The translations under genes were made by a program, and so were the position numbers. From an uncultured virus (IMG/VR IMGVR_UViG_3300026549_002462) (taxonomy: Duplodnaviria; Heunggongvirae; Uroviricota; Caudoviricetes), in IMG/VR virus record IMGVR_UViG_3300026549_002462: a stretch of DNA of 28,488 nucleotides; one strand, given 5' to 3'. Under the pieces are notes generated by a model, which made no database searches, had not been told where the DNA came from, and was given only the letters and a program-made list of their open reading frames with translations. Of this stretch, positions 9,056 through 18,299 are shown in pieces. How positions within the stretch are numbered: the stretch's first letter is position 1; the number at the start of each line of letters is the position of its first letter.

Positions 9056-9502
9056 TTATCTGTATACTGCGTCTATCGCGGCATTCGCTTCGTCTGCTGT
9101 GTATTGCTCGTAATCACCAGTCAGTTCCTGAAAAGCTTCATCCGCAGTGAGATCATCCATATACTGTGCGCGTTGGATGGCCTGATCAACCCAGTCTACT
9201 TCGCCGTTCGCTTCCAGTTTAGATACAGCTGCTTCAGCTATTTCTTCCGGATATTCTCCTTTGTAAACAAGTTCGTCTATGAGGCTTTGCTTTGAGTAAG
9301 GCAGCAAAGAAAGGTATTCCTTTGCTGCTTCATATGCAGCATCTTCGCTTTTGGTGGGCTCGGCATCAGCGTCTATTGACTGTTCATATTCCTCTTGGTC
9401 GTTCTCTGAATAGGCATCGTCCTTTGGGGAGCTACATGCCGACAACGACAATAGTATCAGCAGAAATGTCAGGGTTAACGATAATATTCTTTTGCTCATC
9501 AT
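9056..9502 (-). CDS. Ltp-family lipoprotein (superinfection-exclusion-like)
   Basis: Signal peptide with lipobox LSAC, acidic linker, two Ltp-like repeats (AKEYL..YSKQSLIDEL; YTADEANAAID). Confidence 0.8.
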   Translation of the reverse strand: MMSKRILSLTLTFLLILLSLSACSSPKDDAYSENDQEEYEQSIDADAEPTKSEDAAYEAAKEYLSLLPYSKQSLIDELVYKGEYPEEIAEAAVSKLEANGEVDWVDQAIQRAQYMDDLTADEAFQELTGDYEQYTADEANAAIDAVYR

Positions 9503-9530
9503 GAACTCCTTTCCTGTTATTAGCTTTCTT

Positions 9531-9818
9531 TCACAGGTCTGTTTCCTCGTAGGAAAGACACTTGATGCTGCCTATGCTGAGGTTGATCTCAAGGGCGGCC
9601 AAGTCTTTTCCTGTCAGCTTGCCGCTGCGGTATTTTTCAAGAAAGGCAGCAAGCTTGTCGAGTTCTTTTCTGCCGCGCTTTCCTTCCTCCTCATATCCCA
9701 TGCGCAGAAGACAGTCAAGATCCTGCACTTTCTCTACTTCGCGGACGATATCTTCAGGAGTTTCGCCCTGAAAATCATCTTCTATCCAGCCAATTTCAAT
9801 TCTTGCCTTGCAGCTCAT
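9531..9818 (-). CDS. Hypothetical protein
   Basis: 95 aa; ATGA-coupled to upstream RHH gene; AAAGGA RBS. Confidence 0.7.
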   Translation of the reverse strand: MSCKARIEIGWIEDDFQGETPEDIVREVEKVQDLDCLLRMGYEEEGKRGRKELDKLAAFLEKYRSGKLTGKDLAALEINLSIGSIKCLSYEETDL

Positions 9819-9991
9819 TGCTGTTGTCCTTTCCCGATCTCTGTTTCCTTATCTATCATCATGCGAAGCGCTTTTTCTATGGCAGCTGTTTTTGTGAGAT
9901 AGGTTTCATCGCAGTATGCTTCAAGTTTATCATACAGGTCCTTTTCCATTATCAGGCTTACTGTCTTTCCGTCTTTTTTCGGTCTTGCCAT
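9815..9991 (-). CDS. Ribbon-helix-helix (CopG-like) regulator, 58 aa, not in ORF track
   Basis: MARPKKDGKTVSLIMEKDLYDKLEAYCDETYLTKTAAIEKALRMMID...; AAGGAG RBS. Confidence 0.8.
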   Translation of the reverse strand: MARPKKDGKTVSLIMEKDLYDKLEAYCDETYLTKTAAIEKALRMMIDKETEIGKGQQQ

Positions 9992-9994
9992 GAC

Positions 9995-12900
9995 TTACTC
10001 CTTCCCGTCATACAGATCATTCAGCAGTTCATCCAGTTTACCTTCTTTCACATAAGGAACTGCATCAGCCTGTCTGAAGTTATGCCTTTCGATGTTAACG
10101 TCTTCATCAAAGCCCAGAATGTAATTCGTGGCTATCTTGTAAATAATCTCTGTAGGCGCAAGTCCGTAGACCTGGTTGGCGAAGATATGTTTAAGGCGCT
10201 CCTTCCCATCAGGGAAGAGACGTTTCATCTCATCGCTCTGGTACAGTCTTTTTACGATTTCTGTGATGTAGAGCCCGGATTTCATATAGAGATCTATGAA
10301 CGTCTTATCCGGTGCATCGAAGCAACCGGGGTTTTCCTCTTCGAGCATATCTACCATGCGCTTGACGACATCCTTAGGTGTGAAGATCTGGTTCGTCTTC
10401 TGTGGTGGGATATAGTCGAAGATGTCCTCGATGGCTTTTTCATCGAAGTAGTCAGCGAGCTTCTTCTTGAGTCTCAGGAACTCTTTGACTGAGTCATCGA
10501 ATACGACAGGATCGAACAGGTTGCCCGCGAAGTGCTTCTCTTCGCCAGTCTCTTCATCGGTGTAATTGCCGCCATCACGGAGGAACCTGAACTGATCGAG
10601 AGTGATGCTGGTAACCTCAACGAATACCTTGTTCGGAACCTTCTCGTCGAAGGTAGCAAGCGTGACCGTATCGTCGCCATATGCCATCAGGAAAGACGGG
10701 ATAGTGCGGGAAAAGCCTCTGAGGTGGTCTCTTACTGCATCTTCGATAGTTTCCTTCTCACGCTCTTTTTTCTTCGTCTCAACGTGTTTTACGACGTCTT
10801 TGGAAGCTTCTTCAGCAAACTCCGTAATAGAGGCAGAGAGGGTTTCTTTCAGCTTTTCTACGGCTTCCTTCTGCTTCTTATCGAATTCTTCATTAACGGC
10901 AGCGGATTCTTTTCCCCAATTTTCGAGGTTCTTGAGAGCATTCTGTCTTTCAGTTTCGATCTCCTGCTTTTCAAACTCATAATCGGTGGCGATCCTGTCG
11001 ACCATCCTGTCTGACTTGGCCTTCAGGCTGCGCTCAAGGAACTTCTTGTCCGAAGTGCGCATGTCGTCACCATAGTTATCCTTTGCCTTGCCGACAATCA
11101 CGTCAACAGCCTTTTCCTTGAAGGACTCCTTGAGCTTTTCAAGAAACTCATCTTCGTTCCCCGGCTGTTCCATAACCTGATCGATGACATGCTCAATCTC
11201 CTCAGTGTCATATATCTTGTCACCGAAGACATCATCAGCAACGCCGATCACATAGTCGTCAGTAAGTTCTACTTCGCCTTCATTATTGATTGAAAGGCCA
11301 TCTTTTGTTCCTTCATCCATTGGAATCGTTGACTTCGGCTCCTTAAGCGGCTGGAAGTTTTCGATGATCTCGATGACTTCCTTCGGCGCACTAAAGATGT
11401 TCGAAATGTTCTGAAAGAGGAAGTTCGACATAAAGCCGCGTCTTACAACTTCAACAGACTTGATCTTTCTTGGTATCGAAAGGACCTTTGCTGCATCGAG
11501 CTCGATCATCTCGCCTTCATCGTCTTCTGCTAATACAGGGAAGAAATTAAGAAGACGCTTGATATTCTTTTCTCTCTGTTCGATGTCGCCTCTGCCGGCA
11601 GCCGTATCTGAGCACAGGTCGTTTGCAAACTCTTCGTAAACAGTCAGGGTTCTGGCCGGATCGAAATCGAATACGTAGGCGCGCTCTTTTCTGTAGTGCT
11701 TGCCGTTCTCGTGGAAGAGGCAAGGGTTCTGAGCTCTGAAGGCTGCCTGCATGTAAAGTGCAGGGCTCTTCATATTCGAGAGCATCAGTACTGCTGTCCA
11801 TTCAGGGATAGTAACGCCTGTCGTGAGCTGTCCGACAGAAAGTGTTATGGTCTTGTCGTTATGTGCGATAGCATCTCTAACAGCGTCGAACGATTTCTGG
11901 TTTTCTGCTTCATCGTCGAGTTTGCCGTCTCCGGCTGCAAGGACGACTTTATATTCTGAGAATACAGGGTGTGTTTCAAGCTTCCTGGCAAGAGCCTTTG
12001 CACTGTCTACTCTGTTCAGCAGCCAGAAGGAGTGCTTGATCTCGGATCTGAGCTCAGGCGTCGAGAACGGGAATTTTGTCTGCGAGGCAAGTGCATCGAG
12101 GAACCTGTTCACGGCACTGTCATATTTGAATGCGCCCGTTCCTGTAGTAATGAAGAATTCGTTGAGGTCGAAGGCATACTCTTCGGTCTCTCCGTTTATT
12201 TCTACGCCTCTGTCAAGCTCTTCTCTGATGATCTCGGACATCTGGTAGGTGAGCATAGACAGCTGCGGAAGGGTACCGTATGGGTTTTCTCCTTCGCCAT
12301 CCCACTGTTCTTTCTTAGCCTGCTCGTCTGCGTATGTCCAGTTGAATATAGCATCTGAATTGAACTTGTCGTTAGCAAGAGCCTTGAACGGTGTGCCTGA
12401 CAAGTGCAGCGTGAATTTTCTGCTGATCCTGTTGAACGCTACATCCGTCTTATAGGTATCAACGCCTTCGTGGGCTTCATCGATAACGAGGATGTCCCAG
12501 GTGATATTCTTGACTTCCTCGAGTTTGTCCACTAGGCTATGAGGATTGAAATACTTTGAACCTTTCAGATCCTGCAGGCTTACGAATTCTATGCAGCCAT
12601 AGCCTTCCAGCAGTGGACCGTCGACATATTCTTTTCGGGATAAGCAGTATGGTTTGCCTTTAAGAGCGTCAACACGGCTGACGAACTTAAGGCCGGACTC
12701 GTCACCCACGAACCTTACATAGTCATCGTACCATGAGTTGGCTATAGCAGGCCTGTTGGTGACTATGAGAATCGTCTGTGCTCCGAGCCTCTTGCAGAGA
12801 TCATAAACGGATAAGGTCTTGCCGAAACGAGGTTTACAGTTAAACAGGTATTCAGCGTTTTTATGTGTATTCGCGTAATCAAGTGCGCTACTGACAGCCT

Positions 12901-13303
12901 GTTCCTGCTCGTCTCTCAGCTTATATGGGATCACAGTGTCTATGGCGCTGAGTATTCCGCGGTTCTGTCTGAAATCGTAGAAATGATTCCTTCCGGTCGG
13001 ACCATCCACATGGAACCACTCATTCTCTTTGCCGTCCATCTCTTCGATGTTGTTCTTGCGAAGGTAGGCGTGGAAGTCTTTATCGCTGAAGGTATCGTTT
13101 GAGCCCTCGAAAACCGCATTTCCGGACCATTCAAGCTTGTATTCGACATCTGCGGTGTGTGTCTGCTGTCCGAGCCTTGCGCCGACATCCTGTTCCGTGT
13201 ATCCAATCTTGGTCCAGCCATCATGTCTTGCGATCTCAGGAGTAGAATAGCTGTAGATGGTTGGGACGGTCTCTTTAGTTGTCTTGATGTCTATCTTTGC
13301 CAT
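9995..13303 (-). CDS. Restriction endonuclease/SF2 helicase (GIY-YIG-like N-terminus, ResIII-type helicase, C-terminal MTase-like fragment)
   Basis: IYSY..KIGYT..R..EWF; KPRFGKT; IDEAH; SGTP; QAAFRAQ; C-terminal QIFTP..FIDLYMKSG. Confidence 0.88.
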   Translation of the reverse strand: MAKIDIKTTKETVPTIYSYSTPEIARHDGWTKIGYTEQDVGARLGQQTHTADVEYKLEWSGNAVFEGSNDTFSDKDFHAYLRKNNIEEMDGKENEWFHVDGPTGRNHFYDFRQNRGILSAIDTVIPYKLRDEQEQAVSSALDYANTHKNAEYLFNCKPRFGKTLSVYDLCKRLGAQTILIVTNRPAIANSWYDDYVRFVGDESGLKFVSRVDALKGKPYCLSRKEYVDGPLLEGYGCIEFVSLQDLKGSKYFNPHSLVDKLEEVKNITWDILVIDEAHEGVDTYKTDVAFNRISRKFTLHLSGTPFKALANDKFNSDAIFNWTYADEQAKKEQWDGEGENPYGTLPQLSMLTYQMSEIIREELDRGVEINGETEEYAFDLNEFFITTGTGAFKYDSAVNRFLDALASQTKFPFSTPELRSEIKHSFWLLNRVDSAKALARKLETHPVFSEYKVVLAAGDGKLDDEAENQKSFDAVRDAIAHNDKTITLSVGQLTTGVTIPEWTAVLMLSNMKSPALYMQAAFRAQNPCLFHENGKHYRKERAYVFDFDPARTLTVYEEFANDLCSDTAAGRGDIEQREKNIKRLLNFFPVLAEDDEGEMIELDAAKVLSIPRKIKSVEVVRRGFMSNFLFQNISNIFSAPKEVIEIIENFQPLKEPKSTIPMDEGTKDGLSINNEGEVELTDDYVIGVADDVFGDKIYDTEEIEHVIDQVMEQPGNEDEFLEKLKESFKEKAVDVIVGKAKDNYGDDMRTSDKKFLERSLKAKSDRMVDRIATDYEFEKQEIETERQNALKNLENWGKESAAVNEEFDKKQKEAVEKLKETLSASITEFAEEASKDVVKHVETKKKEREKETIEDAVRDHLRGFSRTIPSFLMAYGDDTVTLATFDEKVPNKVFVEVTSITLDQFRFLRDGGNYTDEETGEEKHFAGNLFDPVVFDDSVKEFLRLKKKLADYFDEKAIEDIFDYIPPQKTNQIFTPKDVVKRMVDMLEEENPGCFDAPDKTFIDLYMKSGLYITEIVKRLYQSDEMKRLFPDGKERLKHIFANQVYGLAPTEIIYKIATNYILGFDEDVNIERHNFRQADAVPYVKEGKLDELLNDLYDGKE

Positions 13304-14353
13304 TACTCCATCTCCTTGACGTGAGTCTCAATGAATTCAATTTCTTCGTCTGCGAGGTTGTATTTCTTGTAAAGCTGTCTGTCTATGTTCTGGACGGAGG
13401 TGTTCCAGTTGATGTCTGAGCTGCTAGTAAAGTCTTGTTTAGGAACGTGCTGCCATTTATTTGGGGTGATATGCTGGGTTACTTTGAGAATGCTCAGAAG
13501 GGTTCTTGCAAATTTACTCTTAAGGTATTTTTGACAGTTGATCGCTTCCTCTGCTGTTTCAAAATTCCCTATGCTTATGAATGTTATAGTCGCGCCATCT
13601 CCTTTTTCTGCTATAATCGGCGCGCCCATTATGCGGGCAGGGACAGGGTTGCCTATAGTTCCAGCTGCTCCATCTGACATTGATATGAAAACCTTATGTT
13701 TATCAAGGTTGGTGACATCATTTAAGTATTTTCTTTTTATGAACCTCCAGCAGCGTTTCGCCCCAATTCTACCAAGTATTCGAATATAGTCATCATCTTC
13801 GGGTTTTGTTTCGAAGAACACTTCAGGGTATGTTTCGAAGGCGTTGGACTGCAGATCGTATTCGTGCCCTTTGCTCGCTCTTCCCACAAACATAGGATTT
13901 TCCTGATAGAAATTGTCTGTATAGTGATATGCGAAGCTTGTCACGACAATGTCGATAATGCTTTCAAATCCAGCGCTGCTCGTCACTTTCTTAAAAATAT
14001 TATTGAGCGACGGAAAGCTCGTAAATGTACCTATCGCGCCAAAGACCGAGTCTGCATCGTGGTAGGTTATAGCTACGCCGCCGGTTATATCCACTCCGTT
14101 GAAGATGTTGGCTGAATTTGCTTCATAAGACAGTACCTTTAAATGCTCGTCATTAAGCATTTTTTTATTCCAGTCTTTTGGTGTATAGCCTGCATTGAAG
14201 AGAAATCTTGCAGGTGTAATGAGCATCGTTTTATCCGAGACATCGTATGCTGCATCCATAAAGGTATGGTAAACCGGCACCGCTGTATTACTGTCTCCTT
14301 GCCGTTCTTCTTGATATGGGGGGATTGCCGACGCAGAAATCAAACTTCTTCAT
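13303..14353 (-). pseudogene. Eco57I-like adenine MTase catalytic/TRD subunit with +1 frameshift in a C6 tract (phase-variable, pseudogene or sequencing error)
   Basis: ATG 14353 reads MKKFDFCVGNPP then leaves frame; removing one C from 14318-14323 restores NPPYQEE and joins the 346-aa ORF. Confidence 0.8.
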
Positions 14354-14395
14354 CTCTCCTGACCTTTCTTTAATTCTTTCAGTTGGTGATAGTTT

Positions 14396-15334
14396 CTATC
14401 TTAAATCGTTAAACTTTATCGATTCGTTGCTCCTCCAGTCGAAGATTCTGCTAACTGGAGCCTCTTGTTCAGGCTGATTCTCATGAGCGCCCATATCGGT
14501 TGATCCATATGCATCCGGGAGCTCGATCCCGAAGTCGAAAATGGTATAGTTTGCGTGTTCTTCTTCGGCTTTACTGAACGGGATCGTTCCGGTAAGACCG
14601 TCCATCTGCCATATGTTCCAGGCGATTATGTTGGCAATCTTTCGAAGCTCTTTGTCCGAAGGTTCTATGCCAATGCGCTCCTTATAATAGTCATTGTAGG
14701 TATTCAGCAGATTGATCCTTGCTATCAGAAGGTTGTCACCCTGAAATTCATAGCCATATACACTCTGGAAGGCTCTTTCTGCCCATTTCAGCCATTCTTC
14801 ATTGTCAGCAGCGTTCTCATTGACGACGCGAAGCTTTCGATCCAGAATGCCGATTCTGTCTTTTATGGGGATTATGTCCCCAGTCGTCGTATCGTACCTA
14901 GATACCAGATACGGTGCTTCACCGCATGTTATTTCTATTCGGCGGGAGTCAACGTATTCTTTCCACGACATTTCGCCGAATTCGATCGGGAGGGGATTTG
15001 TGCTCCAGGATTCGCCAGACTCTTTGTTGAAAACATCAGGCCTGCCGAACCACTCTTCGTCGCAGTGGTTGTTCATTTTGTTGCATATCCAGGAAGGAGT
15101 AAAGACTTCAGCTTTAGCTTTAGTCCGTGCCTGCTGGTGTATCAGTTCTTTCTCCACCCTTGGAAGCAGCTGCATATTTGCGATGCGTTCCGGCAAGATC
15201 TCGTTCATAGCAGAATAGCCTATGCTTTCATAGGCGTCTGTTGCGAAGATTATGTTTTTCTTTGTGGTCTTGTCCTGCAGAAGTATCTTCAGAGCAGGCT
15301 TAACCGGATTCGTGGTTACTGATATCAATGACAT
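14396..15334 (-). CDS. RM methyltransferase N-terminal (SAM-binding) subunit
   Basis: KAEVFTPSWIC, EITCGEAPYL (motif I-like), YGYEFQGDN, WQMDGL. Confidence 0.85.
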   Translation of the reverse strand: MSLISVTTNPVKPALKILLQDKTTKKNIIFATDAYESIGYSAMNEILPERIANMQLLPRVEKELIHQQARTKAKAEVFTPSWICNKMNNHCDEEWFGRPDVFNKESGESWSTNPLPIEFGEMSWKEYVDSRRIEITCGEAPYLVSRYDTTTGDIIPIKDRIGILDRKLRVVNENAADNEEWLKWAERAFQSVYGYEFQGDNLLIARINLLNTYNDYYKERIGIEPSDKELRKIANIIAWNIWQMDGLTGTIPFSKAEEEHANYTIFDFGIELPDAYGSTDMGAHENQPEQEAPVSRIFDWRSNESIKFNDLR

Positions 15335-15356
15335 GCGAGAGATCTCCCTAAGGGAT

Positions 15357-15385
15357 ATTGTACCATATTTCCTAATTATTCTTAA
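15357..15385 (-). promoter_or_regulatory. Putative promoter of RM operon
   Basis: TTAAGA-17-TACAAT with TG extension on the - strand. Confidence 0.45.
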
Positions 15386-15449
15386 TTGGTTTTAGTGTTT
15401 TGTATATATGATTGGGATGCAGCCAGGCTCCCACGGTAGGGAATTGTGC

Positions 15450-15848
15450 CTACGCTTCTGGATCAACATAGATCCAGTGGTATCCGCCCGCAGTTGTAAG
15501 CTTGCCGTGCAGTGCCTGGTGGAGATTGCCGGAGTTGACCCCGGTATCTCTGCGCGCTTCGGCAGCAGAAGGGTAGGTCTTTCCAAGCTCCACACAGTGC
15601 ACATGCTTTCTTCTCCCGTCTTTTGTATGTGGGTTGTGATCCTCGGAAGTATCTCCGAAGGTCGCGGCGTGACCTGTGATCATGAACGCGCTCTTCGTCA
15701 GCGAAAGTGCACTGTCTATCTCTTTCAAGGCGTCTGACGCGGCGTTTGCGTCGCAATCAGGGGATTCCATGACGCTCCGTATCTCGAGGAGCAGGGAAAG
15801 GATCATGTCCTTAGCCGCGTTGATCTGCTCAGCACTTCCTGTTGTCAT
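15450..15848 (-). CDS. Protein with C-terminal NUMOD1/IENR1-like HTH domain
   Basis: VHCVELGKTYPSAAEARRDTG...AGGYHWIY; AAGGAGG RBS before ATG 15848. Confidence 0.7.
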   Translation of the reverse strand: MTTGSAEQINAAKDMILSLLLEIRSVMESPDCDANAASDALKEIDSALSLTKSAFMITGHAATFGDTSEDHNPHTKDGRRKHVHCVELGKTYPSAAEARRDTGVNSGNLHQALHGKLTTAGGYHWIYVDPEA

Positions 15849-15868
15849 TGTGTCCTCCTTACGATCAA

Positions 15869-16627
15869 TCAATATACTACGGAGCCGCGAATCAGATCGC
15901 ACAGCCACTCATCGAACCATGCGGAGATCTCGGCGTCGGTTTCCGGATTCCTTTCCTTTATATATGTGTCTCCCACAGCCTTAGCCCGATTTGCCATTTC
16001 GGCAGCTATTTTGGCTGCTTTCGGGGCAGGGAAGACGGATGTCCTGATCTGTGCGTATTTACTGCAGTCAAGGACGTCTTCATACTTGTCCCCGGCAACA
16101 TACTTGTCGAGCATAGCAGCTGCCTTGAATGTATTCATAAGGCTCTTTCTGTGATAGCCGTACTTCTCTATGTCTGCAGCGGTCTTCTCCGTCTTCGTCA
16201 GCATCCTTCTGAACGACTGCTCGGTCAGACCTGCCATACAGTTGACGGCATTACGCTCGTCCATGTGCGCAATGCGCTCTCTCTTGGCAATCAGATCGTC
16301 AAAGGCGAATTTGAAGCCCGGGGAGATGTAGTGATAGTCGGTGAAAAGCGTCTCTACGAAATTCACGTTCTGCTTTTTCACGTTTTTCACCATTTCTCTG
16401 ACATCTTTGACATCACACTCCCCGCAGTCGAACCTGATCGTCCTGCTGACAGGGGAGGCGAGTATCAGGTCGTTGAGAGAAGGCACGATGACGGCCTTTG
16501 TATCGACATCGCTGTCTTCTGCAGCAAGTCCGTAGTTCTGGCTTCCGCAGAGGAATACGCCAAGGACGGTGTACTGCTTTGAAAGCACTTCATATTCCTG
16601 TTTCAGTATCTTTTTAATGTCTGTCAT
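15869..16627 (-). CDS. Pol-beta superfamily nucleotidyltransferase, phage type
   Basis: GSQNYGL..DSDVD signature; third Asp region ECDVKD; NFVETLFT. Confidence 0.85.
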   Translation of the reverse strand: MTDIKKILKQEYEVLSKQYTVLGVFLCGSQNYGLAAEDSDVDTKAVIVPSLNDLILASPVSRTIRFDCGECDVKDVREMVKNVKKQNVNFVETLFTDYHYISPGFKFAFDDLIAKRERIAHMDERNAVNCMAGLTEQSFRRMLTKTEKTAADIEKYGYHRKSLMNTFKAAAMLDKYVAGDKYEDVLDCSKYAQIRTSVFPAPKAAKIAAEMANRAKAVGDTYIKERNPETDAEISAWFDEWLCDLIRGSVVY

Positions 16628-16649
16628 TCGAATCAGCTTCTTTCTGTCA

Positions 16650-17078
16650 TTATTTAGCTACTTTGGTTGGGATATAGGGTATGACTAATATCATTCCTGT
16701 ATCTGCATCTTCGACGAATCTTTCCGCCGGTCCGAACATCTGCAACGCGATATGTTCCTGAGCAGGAGAGAGCGAACAGAAATCTCCGCTTTCCCTGTTG
16801 AGCGCACAGATGATTATCGTGCCATGAACGACATCATACACGAGGCCCTCGTCGTCCATGAGCGCTCTGTTGCGTGGCAGATTCAGGAATTTGCCGTCCT
16901 CGTTACAGAGGATGTACAGGTCTGCAGTTTCTCTGGTCTTCTCCGGCCAGAAAGGGTGGTGTGGCTCTATGAGACCGCCGAGGATCTCACGGAGGGTGTC
17001 CCCATTATTATTGATTTCTTTTGTATATGCGGCCTTATCCGGCTCGCAGAGGATTACTTTGATATTTTTTTCTTTCAC
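16650..17078 (-). CDS. DUF3846-like protein
   Basis: LGGLIE, LCNEDGK..LPRNR, GDFCSL; GTG start with GAGG RBS. Confidence 0.75.
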   Translation of the reverse strand: MKEKNIKVILCEPDKAAYTKEINNNGDTLREILGGLIEPHHPFWPEKTRETADLYILCNEDGKFLNLPRNRALMDDEGLVYDVVHGTIIICALNRESGDFCSLSPAQEHIALQMFGPAERFVEDADTGMILVIPYIPTKVAK

Positions 17079-17091
17079 AGTTTATCCCTCG

Positions 17092-17874
17092 CTAATCGAA
17101 TGTAATCAGGCTGTCTTTGCCCAAAACGACGATTTCATTGAGCGGCGGCACAATGCCGTTGATATAGTTTGCAAGTATGACCGAGAGATTGAAAGGTGCA
17201 TCTGTTCGTCTGGCAGGGAGAAGGCGAACTGTTGAGTCTGCCTTTTTATCATCTTGCTTTGTGTCTTCGCTAACGAAAACAAGATAGTAATGTTCGTTTT
17301 GGCTTGGCCGTGCAGAATGCATTATCCTCCCTGTGAATTGGTACAATTCCTCTATGGTGATCGTATCAAGCGATTTGTTGATAATACGAAAGTAGCAATA
17401 TTCCTCAAAAGGAATGTGGCTTGAGGATTGCTCCTGAGATGAAATTCCGACCTTAAGAGAGAGAGCGAAGTATGTATCCTTGCCATTGTCGCGAGATAAA
17501 AGGGCTATATTTGGATGAATGCAGCGGCTTATTGTAGAGTTGGGAGTATGTAGGGCTTTATCTACAAGCGCACCGATCGTCGCCTGTGTTATACTCATTT
17601 TTTCTTCGGGGCGCTTTCGCGCTGTAATGCGCTGCATTGCTTCGTAAAGCATTTCGTAAGTAACCCCGCTTTCAGGTGCGGCGTTGTCAGCCAAAGCCTG
17701 CAATCGTTCTTCTGAAAGAGGTCTGGAGAAGTTTTCGTTTGCGAGCCTATATAGGGCGGCGGGAGAAATCTTGCTGTCCGCTGCGTATTGCGACATAGTG
17801 CGTTTTTTCCCTTTCGCAAGATAAATAAGCGTCTTCAGAGTGTGTGCGGTAGGAGTGTTTGCTTCTTTATTCAT
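17092..17874 (-). CDS. HTH-containing hypothetical regulator
   Basis: TMSQYAADSKISPAALYRL XRE-like HTH; GGAGG RBS. Confidence 0.65.
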   Translation of the reverse strand: MNKEANTPTAHTLKTLIYLAKGKKRTMSQYAADSKISPAALYRLANENFSRPLSEERLQALADNAAPESGVTYEMLYEAMQRITARKRPEEKMSITQATIGALVDKALHTPNSTISRCIHPNIALLSRDNGKDTYFALSLKVGISSQEQSSSHIPFEEYCYFRIINKSLDTITIEELYQFTGRIMHSARPSQNEHYYLVFVSEDTKQDDKKADSTVRLLPARRTDAPFNLSVILANYINGIVPPLNEIVVLGKDSLITFD

Positions 17875-17886
17875 TAATAACCTCCA

Positions 17887-18039
17887 TTAATCATCACTTT
17901 CGTCCTCAAACTCAATACCTGCATATTCGCAGATGTACTTAAGGTCCGTCTCATTCTCGAGCATGTTCTTGACGCTTTCTCCAATTGCGGTACCGTCATA
18001 TACCTCGATGAATCTCTCGATGTTGCTCAGATTGCTCAC
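17887..18039 (-). CDS. Small acidic hypothetical protein (50 aa), not in ORF track
   Basis: GTG start overlapping the upstream stop; MSNLSNIERFIEVYDG...EDESDD. Confidence 0.6.
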   Translation of the reverse strand: MSNLSNIERFIEVYDGTAIGESVKNMLENETDLKYICEYAGIEFEDESDD

Positions 18040-18299
18040 AGTGATATCCTTTCCGGCAGATCTTCCGGGTGTTCAATCAGTCCGAACTCTGCCTGGCTGC
18101 TGATGGTGAATAGCGTATAGCACTCGCCTCCGGAATAAGGCGCGACCTGCAGGTAATCTTCTGTGCTGTCTATAGCACGCCACAGCTTTCCCGCACCGAT
18201 TCCCAGAAGTACACTTCCGGGCACTATGTCCTTGTAGTTCGCCGGCTTGTAAAATGTCGTAATTGGTACGACTTTTCTCTTAAGCTTTTCTGTTCCCAT
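18036..18299 (-). CDS. Hypothetical protein
   Basis: GAGGAGG RBS; operon packing. Confidence 0.65.
   Translation of the reverse strand: MGTEKLKRKVVPITTFYKPANYKDIVPGSVLLGIGAGKLWRAIDSTEDYLQVAPYSGGECYTLFTISSQAEFGLIEHPEDLPERISL

Noticed and set aside
13303..14343. The ORF-track start MISASAIPPY as the real N-terminus
   Set aside because: It is an artefact of the frameshift; ATG 14353 gives the canonical FDFCVGNPP motif.
14396..14398. Genome-wide TAG recoding
   Set aside because: TAG ends many genes cleanly (topB, STAND, 6670, 7462), followed by an RBS or terminator, and long ORFs are not fragmented.
7774..16582. Long + strand ORFs (e.g. 7832-8380, 9803-10492, 14555-15322, 15842-16582)
   Set aside because: Antisense shadows of well-supported - strand genes, with no recognisable motifs.
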